From the IMG/VR virus record IMGVR_UViG_3300035491_000281: 64,000 nucleotides of DNA, one strand, 5' to 3'. The notes under the pieces were generated by a model that did not search any database, was not told where the DNA came from, and saw only the letters and a program-made list of their open reading frames with translations. Positions within the stretch are counted from its first letter, which is position 1. The number at the start of each line of letters is the position of its first letter. Both the position numbers and the translations under genes were made by a program. This stretch comes from a virus (lineage: Duplodnaviria > Caudoviricetes). This document shows positions 27,417 to 37,753 of this stretch, piece by piece.

Positions 27417-29357
27417 TTACGCCGTGAGTAGTTTGGCATTACCGCCCTGAGCACCGCCGGTCGCAGCTTCCGCCGCTTCCTCGAAATGCTTGAGGTTGTA
27501 CTCCAACACTGCCATGAAGGCGTTGGCGCTGCTGACCACGTAGCCGTTGAACTGACCGCCCGGCTGTACCAGCAGGCGCGTCAGCGACTGCATGGCGTTA
27601 ACCAGCGGATTTGTCCAGCGCGGAAGGGTTACCTGTTCACCGATGGAAGACGAAGCCTTAAAGATGTCGTCCAGGATGCCGTCGACTTCCGTGCGGATCT
27701 TCTCGTACTTGGTCTTGTTCTCCTTGCTCTTCTCCACTTGACCGAGCAGCGCGTCCAACTCCTTGACCATCGCCTGCAATTCGACCTTGGTCGGCAGCTT
27801 ATAGGTTTCGGCTTTCGGATTACTGCGAACGTTCAGCGGCACGAACTGAATGTTGAAGACACGGTGGAACATCGTGGCGATGGCAACTGCCTGATCTGCA
27901 CCGGCATCACCGGTACCAAACCGCGCGGTGATCTGCTTGATGAATTGCACCAGGGCGAAGTTACCTGCGACCTTGTGGCTCGTGACCACTCCTTCATACT
28001 TCTGCAGGCTAGCCGGTAGTTCAGCGCGCTTGGCCGGCTGTGCACCCTTGATCGGCTTCATGTGCTTGCCGGGGATACTGGCGAAGTCGAGCAGGGCCGC
28101 GCCGCGGGCGAGTGCCGCTTCTTCACTAAAGGCAAAAAGACCCACCTTCACACTCTGGTAGTGTGCTGCGGCGGCACGAATCAGGGATTCAGCTTGGGTC
28201 GGATATTGGCTGTAGATGTAATCAGCAATCGCTTGGATATCGCGAACCCCTTGAGCGTCGTTACCCACGAAGTCGATACCCACCGACAGGCGCGCCGTGC
28301 CATTGACAGTGACCTGCTTGTTGACACGCTGTACGCTCAGCGCTTTAACACGCTCCGCGATCTTCTCCAGGCGCTTCTGCGCACGTGCTGCGCCACCGGT
28401 CATCTCGACCCAGAGGTCGTAGAGGATGCGGAACAGCTTGTCGATCGCCGCCTTGGTCGCCTTAAGCACCACGCCCATCTTCTCACGCAGGGATTCCAGC
28501 GAGATAGTGGTAGCGGTCTGACGCGAGCAGGTTTCACCGAACGACTCCAGCGACGGAATGACTTCCACGCCACCGAAGGACTCATCGATGCTTTCCAGGC
28601 CGATACGGATGGCTTCGGCGGTAATACCACTGATACCCTGCTCATCCTGAAGCGCGCGGCTGAGCAGCGCGTCATAGGCTTCCAGTGCGGCCGACATGTC
28701 GGTGAAGTTGTCGATGTCGTTCGCCACGGCTTGAGCTTCGGCCTGCAGTACTTCAGCCGGCTCAGGAGTAACTTCGAGTTCCACCGGTTCCAGGTCGTCT
28801 TCAGCCGAGACTTCCAGCTCGACGTCGGTTTCAACCACAACACCGGCAGCAGGGACGTCGACCACTTCGCCCTCGGTCGGGGTGACGCCTTCCGGCTGCA
28901 CTTCGCCTTCTACCGGCGCAGGTACCACTGCGGGCTGATCGCCGGTTTCGACGCTGACTTCGATTTCCTTCGGTTTGACTTGGTCGTCGGCGTTGTCAGC
29001 AATCTCGGGCACGCCGCCGGTTTCACCTTCGGCTGCTTCGACTTTGGCTTTGGTGACTTCTTCGGTCACGGCGCTCACGGCGCCTTCAACCTTCGACTCA
29101 CCTTCACCGGCTTCGTTGCTTTCAGCAGAGACATGCACGGTCTGGTGACCTTGGTCGATGTCCTTGCCTGCGGGCGCGCCTTCGGACGCTGCCGGGATTC
29201 CGGCAGCGGCGGGTTTGGCGGTATCCACGTCAGCGGTAGCTTCGGCGCTGGCGGCGCTGAAGTCTTCCTTGGGGGTTTCACCTTCCTGAACGATCACCGG
29301 GGCGTCGTTGGATTCGGTGCTGACTTGTTCCAGCCATTGTTTGACGTTCTGAGACAT
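27417..29357 (-). CDS. Internal head / inner-body protein with acidic propeptide (phiKZ gp162/163-like)
   Basis: Long Glu/Ala/Pro-rich N-terminus followed by PSLES and ISLES protease motifs and a helical mature domain. Confidence 0.75.
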   Translation of the reverse strand: MSQNVKQWLEQVSTESNDAPVIVQEGETPKEDFSAASAEATADVDTAKPAAAGIPAASEGAPAGKDIDQGHQTVHVSAESNEAGEGESKVEGAVSAVTEEVTKAKVEAAEGETGGVPEIADNADDQVKPKEIEVSVETGDQPAVVPAPVEGEVQPEGVTPTEGEVVDVPAAGVVVETDVELEVSAEDDLEPVELEVTPEPAEVLQAEAQAVANDIDNFTDMSAALEAYDALLSRALQDEQGISGITAEAIRIGLESIDESFGGVEVIPSLESFGETCSRQTATTISLESLREKMGVVLKATKAAIDKLFRILYDLWVEMTGGAARAQKRLEKIAERVKALSVQRVNKQVTVNGTARLSVGIDFVGNDAQGVRDIQAIADYIYSQYPTQAESLIRAAAAHYQSVKVGLFAFSEEAALARGAALLDFASIPGKHMKPIKGAQPAKRAELPASLQKYEGVVTSHKVAGNFALVQFIKQITARFGTGDAGADQAVAIATMFHRVFNIQFVPLNVRSNPKAETYKLPTKVELQAMVKELDALLGQVEKSKENKTKYEKIRTEVDGILDDIFKASSSIGEQVTLPRWTNPLVNAMQSLTRLLVQPGGQFNGYVVSSANAFMAVLEYNLKHFEEAAEAATGGAQGGNAKLLTA

Positions 29358-29436
29358 AGGGTTCTCCTTAGGAGGTTAAATCAGGCGTGATTGCCAAGAA
29401 GCCCGGCCGGGGGCTGTGTCTCATAAATGAGGAGGG

Positions 29437-30054
29437 TCAAGTGGGAATTAAACCATGGTCCTTAACGATCTTTTCCAGAATCGCCAGGCGTTGACTCAGT
29501 TCTTGATTGACCCGTGTGAGTTCCAAAACCCGCGCCCGATCGGTAGTGCGATTAGCGACCGCTGCCATGCGTGCCGCTTCCAGGGCGTCGTGTTGCTCTG
29601 GGCTAACCACACCCGTGGATGGAGCGAGGCTCAGGTGCACGGTGGGTGTCATCCCGATCACGTCGGAGATGACACTGGCGACTTGATCTTGGGCAAAAGA
29701 CAGGTCTATATAATCGGGTAATGGACCGAGTGAAGCAGACAACACCACATGCTGGTAGTTGCGGTGACTCTGGTCGGGGAAGCTGGCCAGATAACTACTG
29801 GGGACGTACAGCGGGGCGGTGGTTTCAGATACCAGCGTCAGCAGTACTTCATCATTTCGCCGGTCCTGTTCATAGACCGTGCGATCGAGACCATAGGGCT
29901 CGTAGTAGGTGACAAAGACGTCAGTGCCCAGGTTTTCCAGGTCGATGAACTTACGGATCGCCGCACAGGTGTACAACACCCCCGGAGCTACGCTCCAGGG
30001 GGCTTTTAGTGTGTACAACCCGCGGGTACCGATAGGCGGTATTAAGCGGGACAT
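29437..30054 (-). CDS. Probable virion structural protein
   Basis: PPIGTRGLYTLKAPW N-terminus typical of phiKZ-like structural genes; synteny. Confidence 0.6.
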   Translation of the reverse strand: MSRLIPPIGTRGLYTLKAPWSVAPGVLYTCAAIRKFIDLENLGTDVFVTYYEPYGLDRTVYEQDRRNDEVLLTLVSETTAPLYVPSSYLASFPDQSHRNYQHVVLSASLGPLPDYIDLSFAQDQVASVISDVIGMTPTVHLSLAPSTGVVSPEQHDALEAARMAAVANRTTDRARVLELTRVNQELSQRLAILEKIVKDHGLIPT

Positions 30055-30063
30055 GGCTTATCC

Positions 30064-31428
30064 TTAAATGGGTTGGTCAACGCCCGGTCCAGTATCGCCC
30101 GGTAGCGGTAGTTCAGAGGTGGTAAACTCAGCCACCGACTTGCGTGTCACGACCAGGTAGGTCACGTTGTCGTAGACCGTGGTGATATAGAGCACGCCGT
30201 CGCGCTTGAGTTTTGCCAGCCCCGCTGGGACGCTAGAGGTATCGGTGAAGTTCTCCGCTACCTTGATCAGCTGTGCAAGCTTGGTGACGAACTCTTGCGT
30301 GTACACCGACATGCGGTCGAAATCGGCCGAGTCGTTGCTGACCATCATGTAGTCGGGGTATTTCTCAGAGAAGCGCACAATCCCATCCCGGTTCTCCGGG
30401 TTGGCCACCACGCCAAAGGCCAGCGACTTGTACAGCAGGTTGGACAGTTCGTAGTTATTGTCCACCCAGAGGTCGTTGTATTTCGGTCCACGGGCCGTGC
30501 GACGCAACAGCGCCTGCACTTTACGTGGGTCGACGGTCGGGCTGTACATACCCGCCTGCAACTCGCCGTTGGGGACCGAGTACTGGTGCCAGAACGGGGT
30601 GACGATGTATTCGGTGGTGGTGAACAAGTCCGGTAGGATCGTCATCCACTCTTCGCGGGTGTGCGTGGAGTCGGCCAAGACATGCTCAACGATCACGTTC
30701 TTCAACAGATCGGGGTTGTTCGCGGTTTCACCGTAGAGCAGCACGATCCAGTAGGTCGGCACAGTCCAGCTAGGATCACGCGGGTCTTGGTAATCGTAAC
30801 GCAGTGCCAGCACCTGGGTGTAGGGGTATTCCCCACGGCGCTGTTGCGCCTCTACCAGTTTGTTGGTGATGTTGTACTCATCCAAACGAATCTTGACCTG
30901 CAGGGGGTCTTTGAAGAAATCATCCAGCGGAATGAACGGTGGGATCACCTCAACGAAATACTCGTCGTACTGGCGCCGGAAGCTTTCATCCGACAGCCAG
31001 ATGGTTACCTCGTTGTCTTCGCCGAGGTAGGAATACCGGTAGCGAATCCACTCCGGCAGCCAGATGTTGCCGTTGGTACGCATCTCGCCGGTTACAAAGC
31101 CGGACAGCTCCTCACTGAATTCAGCCAGCACCATCTGGCGCAAAGCGGCGGCGTCGTCGGTAACGGTACCCTGCAGGGCGCGATCGAGGAGGTACTGTCC
31201 CAGCTTGAGCGCCGCCACGGCGAGTTCGGCCGGGACATCGACGTAGGCTTCGTCCCTTACGCTATGAAAAGAAATAAGGGTGGTCTGCGGGGCGATGTCG
31301 TTGTTGTGGTACGTCTTGTCTTTGGCAAACGTGGCGCTATGCGAGGACAGCTCGCCGAGCAGGGCTACCTGGTCACGGTTATTGTTAACCAAGGGTGAAT
31401 AGTTGAAAAACCCTTTTAGTCTGTACAT
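30064..31428 (-). CDS. Probable virion structural protein
   Basis: 454 aa; MYRLKGF...GELS..S.TF start typical of phiKZ-like structural genes. Confidence 0.6.
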   Translation of the reverse strand: MYRLKGFFNYSPLVNNNRDQVALLGELSSHSATFAKDKTYHNNDIAPQTTLISFHSVRDEAYVDVPAELAVAALKLGQYLLDRALQGTVTDDAAALRQMVLAEFSEELSGFVTGEMRTNGNIWLPEWIRYRYSYLGEDNEVTIWLSDESFRRQYDEYFVEVIPPFIPLDDFFKDPLQVKIRLDEYNITNKLVEAQQRRGEYPYTQVLALRYDYQDPRDPSWTVPTYWIVLLYGETANNPDLLKNVIVEHVLADSTHTREEWMTILPDLFTTTEYIVTPFWHQYSVPNGELQAGMYSPTVDPRKVQALLRRTARGPKYNDLWVDNNYELSNLLYKSLAFGVVANPENRDGIVRFSEKYPDYMMVSNDSADFDRMSVYTQEFVTKLAQLIKVAENFTDTSSVPAGLAKLKRDGVLYITTVYDNVTYLVVTRKSVAEFTTSELPLPGDTGPGVDQPI

Positions 31429-31652
31429 ACGGGGCAGTTCCTCGTGGTGAATGCGTTGGTGCTGTTACCTATAAAATCAAGGCCATAGTTGTTGACTAGA
31501 CCGCGACACCCGAGTAGACTTACTCGGTTGGGTCTCAAGAGGAGACATTTTTAAACAAGACGCTAGGAAATACCTACCAGTTGTGTGACTGACCGATGTG
31601 AACGGTGTGGGTAGGCATTGTCTCAAAAGCGGTAATATAAACAGAGGCAATA

Positions 31653-32000
31653 ATGATCAAACTTATCACAAAGGCATTGATCATCGGCTGGCCTTTCCTA
31701 CGAAGCATCATCTTCAAGGATCGGACGGTAAAGGAGGTACTCCTCGCCAACAGGCAGTTCACCTGTCTGTTTGGTCTTTTGGTGGTGGTGGTGTTCACGC
31801 TGTACCTGACGGTGGCGACTTTGGCTGAGACCAAAGCGTTGCTGCTGCTATCACAAGCTGAGGCGGCTCGGCTGAAAACGCAGCTGGAAAGCAGTCAGGC
31901 TGACACCCGCCCGCAGGCCGATCACGAGGTTCTGTTAACCGCGACTAACTGTGTGCCGGTGGCTTACGACAAGTCCCGGTTACTGCAGATACTCGAATAG
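31653..32000 (+). CDS. Membrane protein (holin or i-spanin-like candidate)
   Basis: TM segment FTCLFGLLVVVVFTLYLTV, short coiled coil, one late Cys; GAGG SD. Confidence 0.55.
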   Translation: MIKLITKALIIGWPFLRSIIFKDRTVKEVLLANRQFTCLFGLLVVVVFTLYLTVATLAETKALLLLSQAEAARLKTQLESSQADTRPQADHEVLLTATNCVPVAYDKSRLLQILE

Positions 32001-32021
32001 GAAACCGATCGGGGGGGAGAG

Positions 32022-32396
32022 ATGAGATTCTGCCAACTCTTAATCAGCTTCATTTTGTTTTTGCCGAGTGGCTGTGCGGTGACCGTCAACCGTCATGCGC
32101 CGGTGATTTTTAACTACAACGAACAACGACTGGAGCTCGAATTGGAGCAGCCCGCGACCAGCGCGGTTCAGGTGGTACCCAAACCGCCTAAACCCGATCA
32201 GGCGTGCCGTTTCCTACTGCCCGAGGCTCGCGCCTTACCCGAGATGCAAAACCTCAAGGACGAGGCTGTGGTGACGTCAGAGGATGCGGCAATGGTGCTG
32301 GCGCTACATGTGCGGGATCTGCGCGGGTATATTGATGACGAACGTCGGCGAGTGGAGCAGGCCTATCGGGCTTACTTAAAACGTTGCGGACTCTAA
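32022..32396 (+). CDS. Putative lipoprotein (o-spanin-like candidate)
   Basis: MRFCQLLISFILFLPSGC signal (non-canonical lipobox), PKPPKP linker, helical C-terminus with Cys. Confidence 0.5.
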   Translation: MRFCQLLISFILFLPSGCAVTVNRHAPVIFNYNEQRLELELEQPATSAVQVVPKPPKPDQACRFLLPEARALPEMQNLKDEAVVTSEDAAMVLALHVRDLRGYIDDERRRVEQAYRAYLKRCGL

Positions 32397-32452
32397 AAAT
32401 ACCCATCCGGCTAATGCTCTAGTAGACATTGTTCATTAGAAGGAAAACCATT

Positions 32453-33931
32453 TTGACACAGGATAACATCAGTCAGACCGACGGTCTGGTTTTGTACACC
32501 GACGGTAGCTTCCGCCGTCGCGCCGGTGGCTGGGGTATCCATGGTTACACCTACAAGGCAACCCCACTGACTCGCGGTATCGGCATCAAGCAGTTGCCTA
32601 CGGCCGAAGGCTACAAGTTGGTGGAGTACCCGGATACAGTGACACCGTTGGAATACATCGATGCCTTTGGCACCGTGACCGAAAACCCCACCAACAACAC
32701 CGCTGAACTACAGGCCGCGATCGAAGCTTTCAAGATCGGCGAAGAGTTGGGGGTTACCTCTATGCACCTGCTACTCGACAGCGAGTACGTGCGCAAGGGT
32801 CTGACCCAACACGTCAAAGGCTGGATCAACCGCAACTGGTTGAAGGCTGACGGAGAGCCGGTAGCTAACCAGGATTACTGGAAGACGCTGGTCGCCCTGG
32901 AGGAGCAATGGAAGGCCGCGGGTAAGAAATTGACCCTGGCCTGGATCAAAGGTCACAGCGACGATACCGGTAACGACCTGGCGGATCTGAATGCACTCAC
33001 GGGGTCCGGCGGTACGGTTACCCGTCACGTCTGTCGTAGTCCGGTGGATAAATACCACAACCCCACGACCGACATCAACCCATTGGTGCTGAAGACCCGG
33101 TTGTTGTTTAACATGGGCTATCAGCGCGAGGTGGTAGAAAACAAGCATTACTACTACCTGTACCAGTTGGGCCGTATGGCAACGTACGGTCACAAGCAGC
33201 ATGATACCACGAAGGACCGTCACGATAAGACCGACCTACTGCTGGGTCGTCGTATTGCTGACGCGACGTTCTGTGTCATGCAGGTCAATGAACCGGATCG
33301 AGACCTAGAGGGTCTGATCGAGCTGCACACCAAGGCACATCAGAAAGACATCATTGAGCTGGCAGTGGCCCGGTTGGATAACGCTTTCCGACCTGGTATC
33401 TATCAGCGGATTCAACAGTTGGGGGCCCATGCCCTGATTTCGTGTAGCGACAACAATTCCTTGGTGACGCCGCAGGATGATTTGATCACGAAAACCCTGA
33501 ACCCTCCACGGTTGGCGCGGGAGGCGGTCGATCAGTTCAGCATCATGCAGACGCGACTGGACGCTCATCTATCCGGGCAACTTGGGTCTGGGGTTACTGC
33601 GGTGGAAATCACCGATGCGTTGTACGCAGTGGAGGGCAGTGAGAAGAAAGCCAAGCTCAAGCTACTCAAAACCATCACCAACACGCTGGCAAGTTTGGAC
33701 GTCCCAGTCGAAGTCAACGGCCATCCCGTGACTTTGAAGCTGTTGCTCGGTGTAGATATCCCACAGCGCAACACCCTGGCCAAACTGGCGGACCACAACC
33801 CCAAGGTCACGGTACTGGTAGTAGCGAACGGCCCGGCCGCCTACTCGTTCGCCACTGTTTTTGAAACGGGCGTTGGTAATGCCATTTACCAGTCGCCTTA
33901 TACTCAATTCGTACTACCGAAACGGTCATAG
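32453..33931 (+). CDS. rnhA: RNase H with long C-terminal extension (phiKZ gp155-like)
   Basis: LYTDGS, TNNTAELQAA, LDSEYV, WIKGHSDDTGNDLAD. Probable TTG start at 32453 with AAGGA SD. Confidence 0.9.
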   Translation: MTQDNISQTDGLVLYTDGSFRRRAGGWGIHGYTYKATPLTRGIGIKQLPTAEGYKLVEYPDTVTPLEYIDAFGTVTENPTNNTAELQAAIEAFKIGEELGVTSMHLLLDSEYVRKGLTQHVKGWINRNWLKADGEPVANQDYWKTLVALEEQWKAAGKKLTLAWIKGHSDDTGNDLADLNALTGSGGTVTRHVCRSPVDKYHNPTTDINPLVLKTRLLFNMGYQREVVENKHYYYLYQLGRMATYGHKQHDTTKDRHDKTDLLLGRRIADATFCVMQVNEPDRDLEGLIELHTKAHQKDIIELAVARLDNAFRPGIYQRIQQLGAHALISCSDNNSLVTPQDDLITKTLNPPRLAREAVDQFSIMQTRLDAHLSGQLGSGVTAVEITDALYAVEGSEKKAKLKLLKTITNTLASLDVPVEVNGHPVTLKLLLGVDIPQRNTLAKLADHNPKVTVLVVANGPAAYSFATVFETGVGNAIYQSPYTQFVLPKRS

Positions 33932-33940
33932 GCAACCATC

Positions 33941-34354
33941 ATGCGTTTCCTTAAACAATACTTCAAAAGTGTGCACAACCCGCTCGTTTGGATCTGGTTT
34001 TCTATCTGGGCACGCGTGCCGGATCAGTCCAAACGGATGTTTGTGCTGGCCTCGCTCTACGTCCGCCTCATGAATTGTAACGAGGATGACACGGAGCGGT
34101 TGGATGACGTGAACCGCACCTTGGGACTCAGTCGGGATACTCGGGTTTTGAGAACGCCGGCGGTCTTTGCCCCGGTGATCTGGAAGCAAGTACTCCCGAT
34201 TGAAAAGATCGACCCGGATCAGGGCGAGCGGTATATCAGTCGACTGATAAAGCGCACTCCATGTTGGTTGTGGTATGCCGACTTGGAGACGCGTACGGAG
34301 GATTTACGGCAACTGATGGAATTCTGTCGCACACACCCCTGCCGCTTGGCGTAA
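33941..34354 (+). CDS. Conserved hypothetical protein
   Basis: 137-aa ORF co-transcribed with RNase H. Confidence 0.65.
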   Translation: MRFLKQYFKSVHNPLVWIWFSIWARVPDQSKRMFVLASLYVRLMNCNEDDTERLDDVNRTLGLSRDTRVLRTPAVFAPVIWKQVLPIEKIDPDQGERYISRLIKRTPCWLWYADLETRTEDLRQLMEFCRTHPCRLA

Positions 34355-34360
34355 TAACAG

Positions 34361-34392
34361 CATAAGCCCCTCCCGTTTGGGAGGGGTCTATG
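34361..34392. terminator. Bidirectional terminator-like palindrome
   Basis: CATAAGCCCCTCCC-gttt-GGGAGGGGTCTATG between convergent genes. Confidence 0.8.
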
Positions 34393-34393
34393 T

Positions 34394-35251
34394 TCAAAGC
34401 GCCCGCAGTAGCTTCTTCTCGTTGAGCTTGAGGGCTGTGGTCAAGTCGATCAGGCGCGTCACTGTGACCGAGTACCATTCCACCCACCGTGCTGCCAGTT
34501 CCAGCTCACTGGCGAGCGCCGCGACCACCTGCTTGCTGATCGGCTGCTCCGCTTGCTGAATCGCCGCAAACAGGGCGTCGGCGGTTTTCACCAACCGGCC
34601 GGTGAGGTCGGCCACCAGACTCGGCTTGGCTGCGGCCCACCGGCTGGCGTTGATCCGATTGATTTCGGTCATGGCTGCACTGCACTCGGCGTTGTTGTCG
34701 AAGAGTTCAGTGAACAACCCCTCGCTGCTGCGGTTACCCTTGATGAACCACGCCGCTTCCAGCTCCACTGCCTCCTGCAACACAGCCAGATCCATTTCCT
34801 CCGCAATCGACTCGATGCGCCGCTCTTCCAAGCGGGTCAGGTCATTGAGGTAGTAAGCGAACCGAGTTGTAACCGGAGTCAGCACGGCGGTTGGGATATC
34901 GTTGAGCAGCTCTAGGTTGCGCAGCTGATGCAGGGTGTAGGCATGCAGGTTCCCTTTAAAACCCACCGGCTTGTGGATCTTGAATTCATCCAGGTCGGTG
35001 TATTGGACCTTGCGCAGGGTCGCCATGACCGCGTTGGGGTTAAGCACTTCCGGCTTGCTGTGATCCCACGTGGTCACGAACCGGAACGCGTCCTTCAGGG
35101 CGGCGCTGAGCTTGGGTAGGCGGTCACTGACAACCTTTTTCAGGTCATCGATGGAGAAAGCCTCGGCCGACACAGTCTGGCAGGCGCTGATCAGGCGCGT
35201 GCTTTCCGGAGTGCTGGCGAGAAACTCCAGGGTTTCTTCGTTGATTGACAT
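34394..35251 (-). CDS. Probable virion (head) protein
   Basis: 285 aa, VSAEAFS candidate protease site; AATCTTATG motif upstream. Confidence 0.6.
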   Translation of the reverse strand: MSINEETLEFLASTPESTRLISACQTVSAEAFSIDDLKKVVSDRLPKLSAALKDAFRFVTTWDHSKPEVLNPNAVMATLRKVQYTDLDEFKIHKPVGFKGNLHAYTLHQLRNLELLNDIPTAVLTPVTTRFAYYLNDLTRLEERRIESIAEEMDLAVLQEAVELEAAWFIKGNRSSEGLFTELFDNNAECSAAMTEINRINASRWAAAKPSLVADLTGRLVKTADALFAAIQQAEQPISKQVVAALASELELAARWVEWYSVTVTRLIDLTTALKLNEKKLLRAL

Positions 35252-35306
35252 GTCAAATACCTTAATGCAGTGAATACAAGGCGCTGAGGCACACGCGTGT
35301 TTTGGC

Positions 35307-35315
35307 CATAAGATT
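35307..35315 (-). promoter_or_regulatory. Candidate late promoter AATCTTATG
   Basis: Upstream of the 35251 start; identical to 20187-20195. Confidence 0.6.
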
Positions 35316-35406
35316 CTACAAGTCTCAACAACAGCTTAGTGAAAAAGCACCCTCCTGACCAATCAATTGACAACACTGGCTGTACCACAACAGGATAACT
35401 ACCACC

Positions 35407-36873
35407 ATGTTTAACAACACCTTTGCGCGTCCACGCTTCCGCCCTGCCGTTAACCTTGGCTGTCTGATGGACGTTTCCACGGGTAAATACGAACTCGGGC
35501 TGCGCGGCGAGTCCATCCTGAACGGCGGTCTGGCCAGCATGACCGGGATTTGTGCCCGTCCGAACAACTTCAAGACCGCCCTGGCTGTGTATATGCTTGC
35601 CATGCTGCGTCGCGCGTGTCACCACACCCACTCGTTGACTTACGACACCGAAGGTACCCTCTACCCGAGCGCGCGTTTCAAGGCCGTATCGGAAGCCGAC
35701 CCGTATCTGGCATCGCTGGATTACGAGGAAGACCCACAGTTTGCCTTCACTGACCTGTCGCAGTACAGCGGCGATGAGTGGTTTGCCGCTTTCCGCAAAG
35801 TGGTCGACGAAAAACCCAAGAACGAAAAGCAGTTCCTGGCCAGCACCCCGTTCCCGGACCTCAACAAACAGGCGAAGAAAGCCCTGTATCCGAGCGGCGC
35901 GCTGATCGACTCCTTCAGTAAGTTCACCGTGGCGGCGGTCGAAGAGCTTTACAAGAAGAACAAGATCGGCGAATCGGGTGCCAACACCGACGCCATGACC
36001 AACGGCAAGGCCAAGAATCAGATGTTCAACCAGATGCCGGCGATCTGCGCCAAGACCGGCACCTACATGATCCTGACCGCGCACTTGGGTGACATCATCA
36101 ACATGGAGATGTACCCGACCGACAAGCGTAACTTGTCGTTCCTGCCGCGCGATACCGTCCTCAAAGGGGTCTCCGGTGGTTTCTACTCGCTGCCGAACAA
36201 CGTCTGGTTGATCACCTCCAACAAGCCGCTGTTGAACAAGGATAAGATGCCGCAGTACCCGTGGGACAACGCCACCGCGATTCAGGGCGACACCGACCTA
36301 GTGGTGATCACCATGAAGAACCTGCGTGGTAAGAACGGCATGTCTGGGCTGCCGATCGACCTGGTGGTCTCGCAGTCTGAAGGCGTATTAGCCTCGCTGT
36401 CGGAGTTCCACTACTGCAAGGAAAACTCCTTCGGGATCGGCGGTAATCTGCAGAACTACTACATGGAACTGCTGCCGGAGGTCAAGCTGTCACGCACCAC
36501 GGTCCGCCAGAAGCTCAAGGCCGATCACAAGCTGCAGCGTGCGGTACAGATCACCGCCGAGCTGCTGCAGTTGCATCAGTTCCATCGTAACCACGATCTG
36601 GGTCTGATGTGTGATGCCAAGACGCTGTACGACGACCTGATCGAGATGGGATACGACTGGAATCAGCTGCTGGAAACCCGCGGCTACTGGGTCTTTGAAG
36701 AAGAAGAGAAAGAGCACCCGTTGCCTTTCCTCTCCACCATGGACCTGCTGCGCATGCGCACCGGTCAGTACGTACCGTTCTGGATGTCCAAGGAAGAGAA
36801 AGCCAAGCTCAAGCCGGCCAAGGTGAAAGTGGCACCGAATCCGGAAGCTGTGGTTGCTGCCGAGGGAGCGTGA
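35407..36873 (+). CDS. uvsX: UvsX/RecA-like recombinase (phiKZ gp152-like)
   Basis: Divergent Walker A GICARPNNFKT, YDTE, LIDSFS, MILTAH; phiKZ-type synteny. Confidence 0.75.
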   Translation: MFNNTFARPRFRPAVNLGCLMDVSTGKYELGLRGESILNGGLASMTGICARPNNFKTALAVYMLAMLRRACHHTHSLTYDTEGTLYPSARFKAVSEADPYLASLDYEEDPQFAFTDLSQYSGDEWFAAFRKVVDEKPKNEKQFLASTPFPDLNKQAKKALYPSGALIDSFSKFTVAAVEELYKKNKIGESGANTDAMTNGKAKNQMFNQMPAICAKTGTYMILTAHLGDIINMEMYPTDKRNLSFLPRDTVLKGVSGGFYSLPNNVWLITSNKPLLNKDKMPQYPWDNATAIQGDTDLVVITMKNLRGKNGMSGLPIDLVVSQSEGVLASLSEFHYCKENSFGIGGNLQNYYMELLPEVKLSRTTVRQKLKADHKLQRAVQITAELLQLHQFHRNHDLGLMCDAKTLYDDLIEMGYDWNQLLETRGYWVFEEEEKEHPLPFLSTMDLLRMRTGQYVPFWMSKEEKAKLKPAKVKVAPNPEAVVAAEGA

Positions 36874-37217
36874 TCGTCTACACGTATCAAATCGCGAAGT
36901 GGCGTCAACTGAAAGGCCGTGGTGTTCCACTGATCGACACCACGGTCAAATCCGGCGATCCGCGTTTGGCCCCGACCTGGGAGATGGTTATGAGGCATAA
37001 ACGCGGGCAATGGTCGGATCAAGAATATACTGACGCTTACTATTGCATGCTGGACTATTGGTGGTTTCAAGATCCCGAGTTTTGGGAAGACCTTATGGCG
37101 CGGCCGGTGGTTGCGCTTGGGTGCTATTGTCCAGCGCATTCCTTCTGTCATCGTTACTTACTTGTGGAGTTCCTAAAGCGCATCACCGAGATCGATTACA
37201 GAGGCGAACTCAGTTAA
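36870..37217 (+). CDS. DUF488-like small protein
   Basis: IDTTVKSG..LAPTWEM, ALGCYC....CHRYLL pattern. Confidence 0.6.
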   Translation: MIVYTYQIAKWRQLKGRGVPLIDTTVKSGDPRLAPTWEMVMRHKRGQWSDQEYTDAYYCMLDYWWFQDPEFWEDLMARPVVALGCYCPAHSFCHRYLLVEFLKRITEIDYRGELS

Positions 37218-37299
37218 CTGACCCCCGTCGGGGGATATTAAAAGGACCGACTCCCATGTCGTCACCTCGTTTTACGTTACCCTATTCCGGAGTTGTACC

Positions 37300-37626
37300 A
37301 TGCCTTATTCCTTGCGTACCCGTGTGTTCTACCTGATCCGCCACCGCGATATCGAGCTGGCGGAGGATTTTGTCCGCCGCTGCCCCGAGGTCAACGACAT
37401 CGTGGAGCTCAACAACTTCTTCCATCGTACCCTGTCGCAGTTCGAAGTCAACACCCTGCCGGCACGGGAAGCTCTAATAGATACCCCGGTGTTTGAAGAC
37501 TGGGCGCGTCATTTCGAACAGGATGTACTGCCGGTCCTGCGCAACCTGCGTTTCCCGGCGCTGACCGCCAAAATTGTCCCACCGTCGTACCAGTCGGCTT
37601 ACCATGACCCGAGGGTGGTGGTGTAA
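37300..37626 (+). CDS. Hypothetical protein
   Basis: 108 aa, GGAG SD. Confidence 0.65.
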   Translation: MPYSLRTRVFYLIRHRDIELAEDFVRRCPEVNDIVELNNFFHRTLSQFEVNTLPAREALIDTPVFEDWARHFEQDVLPVLRNLRFPALTAKIVPPSYQSAYHDPRVVV

Positions 37627-37753
37627 CCACCCCCCCCCCTAATCTGCCGCCGAGGCCTGTCCGCGTGCGATTACCGTCGAACTGACCCCACCTTCCGCCA
37701 GTTGGTTCGCGGGGGTGGGGTATCGTATGGTCCACATTCTAGGAGAGTTTCCA

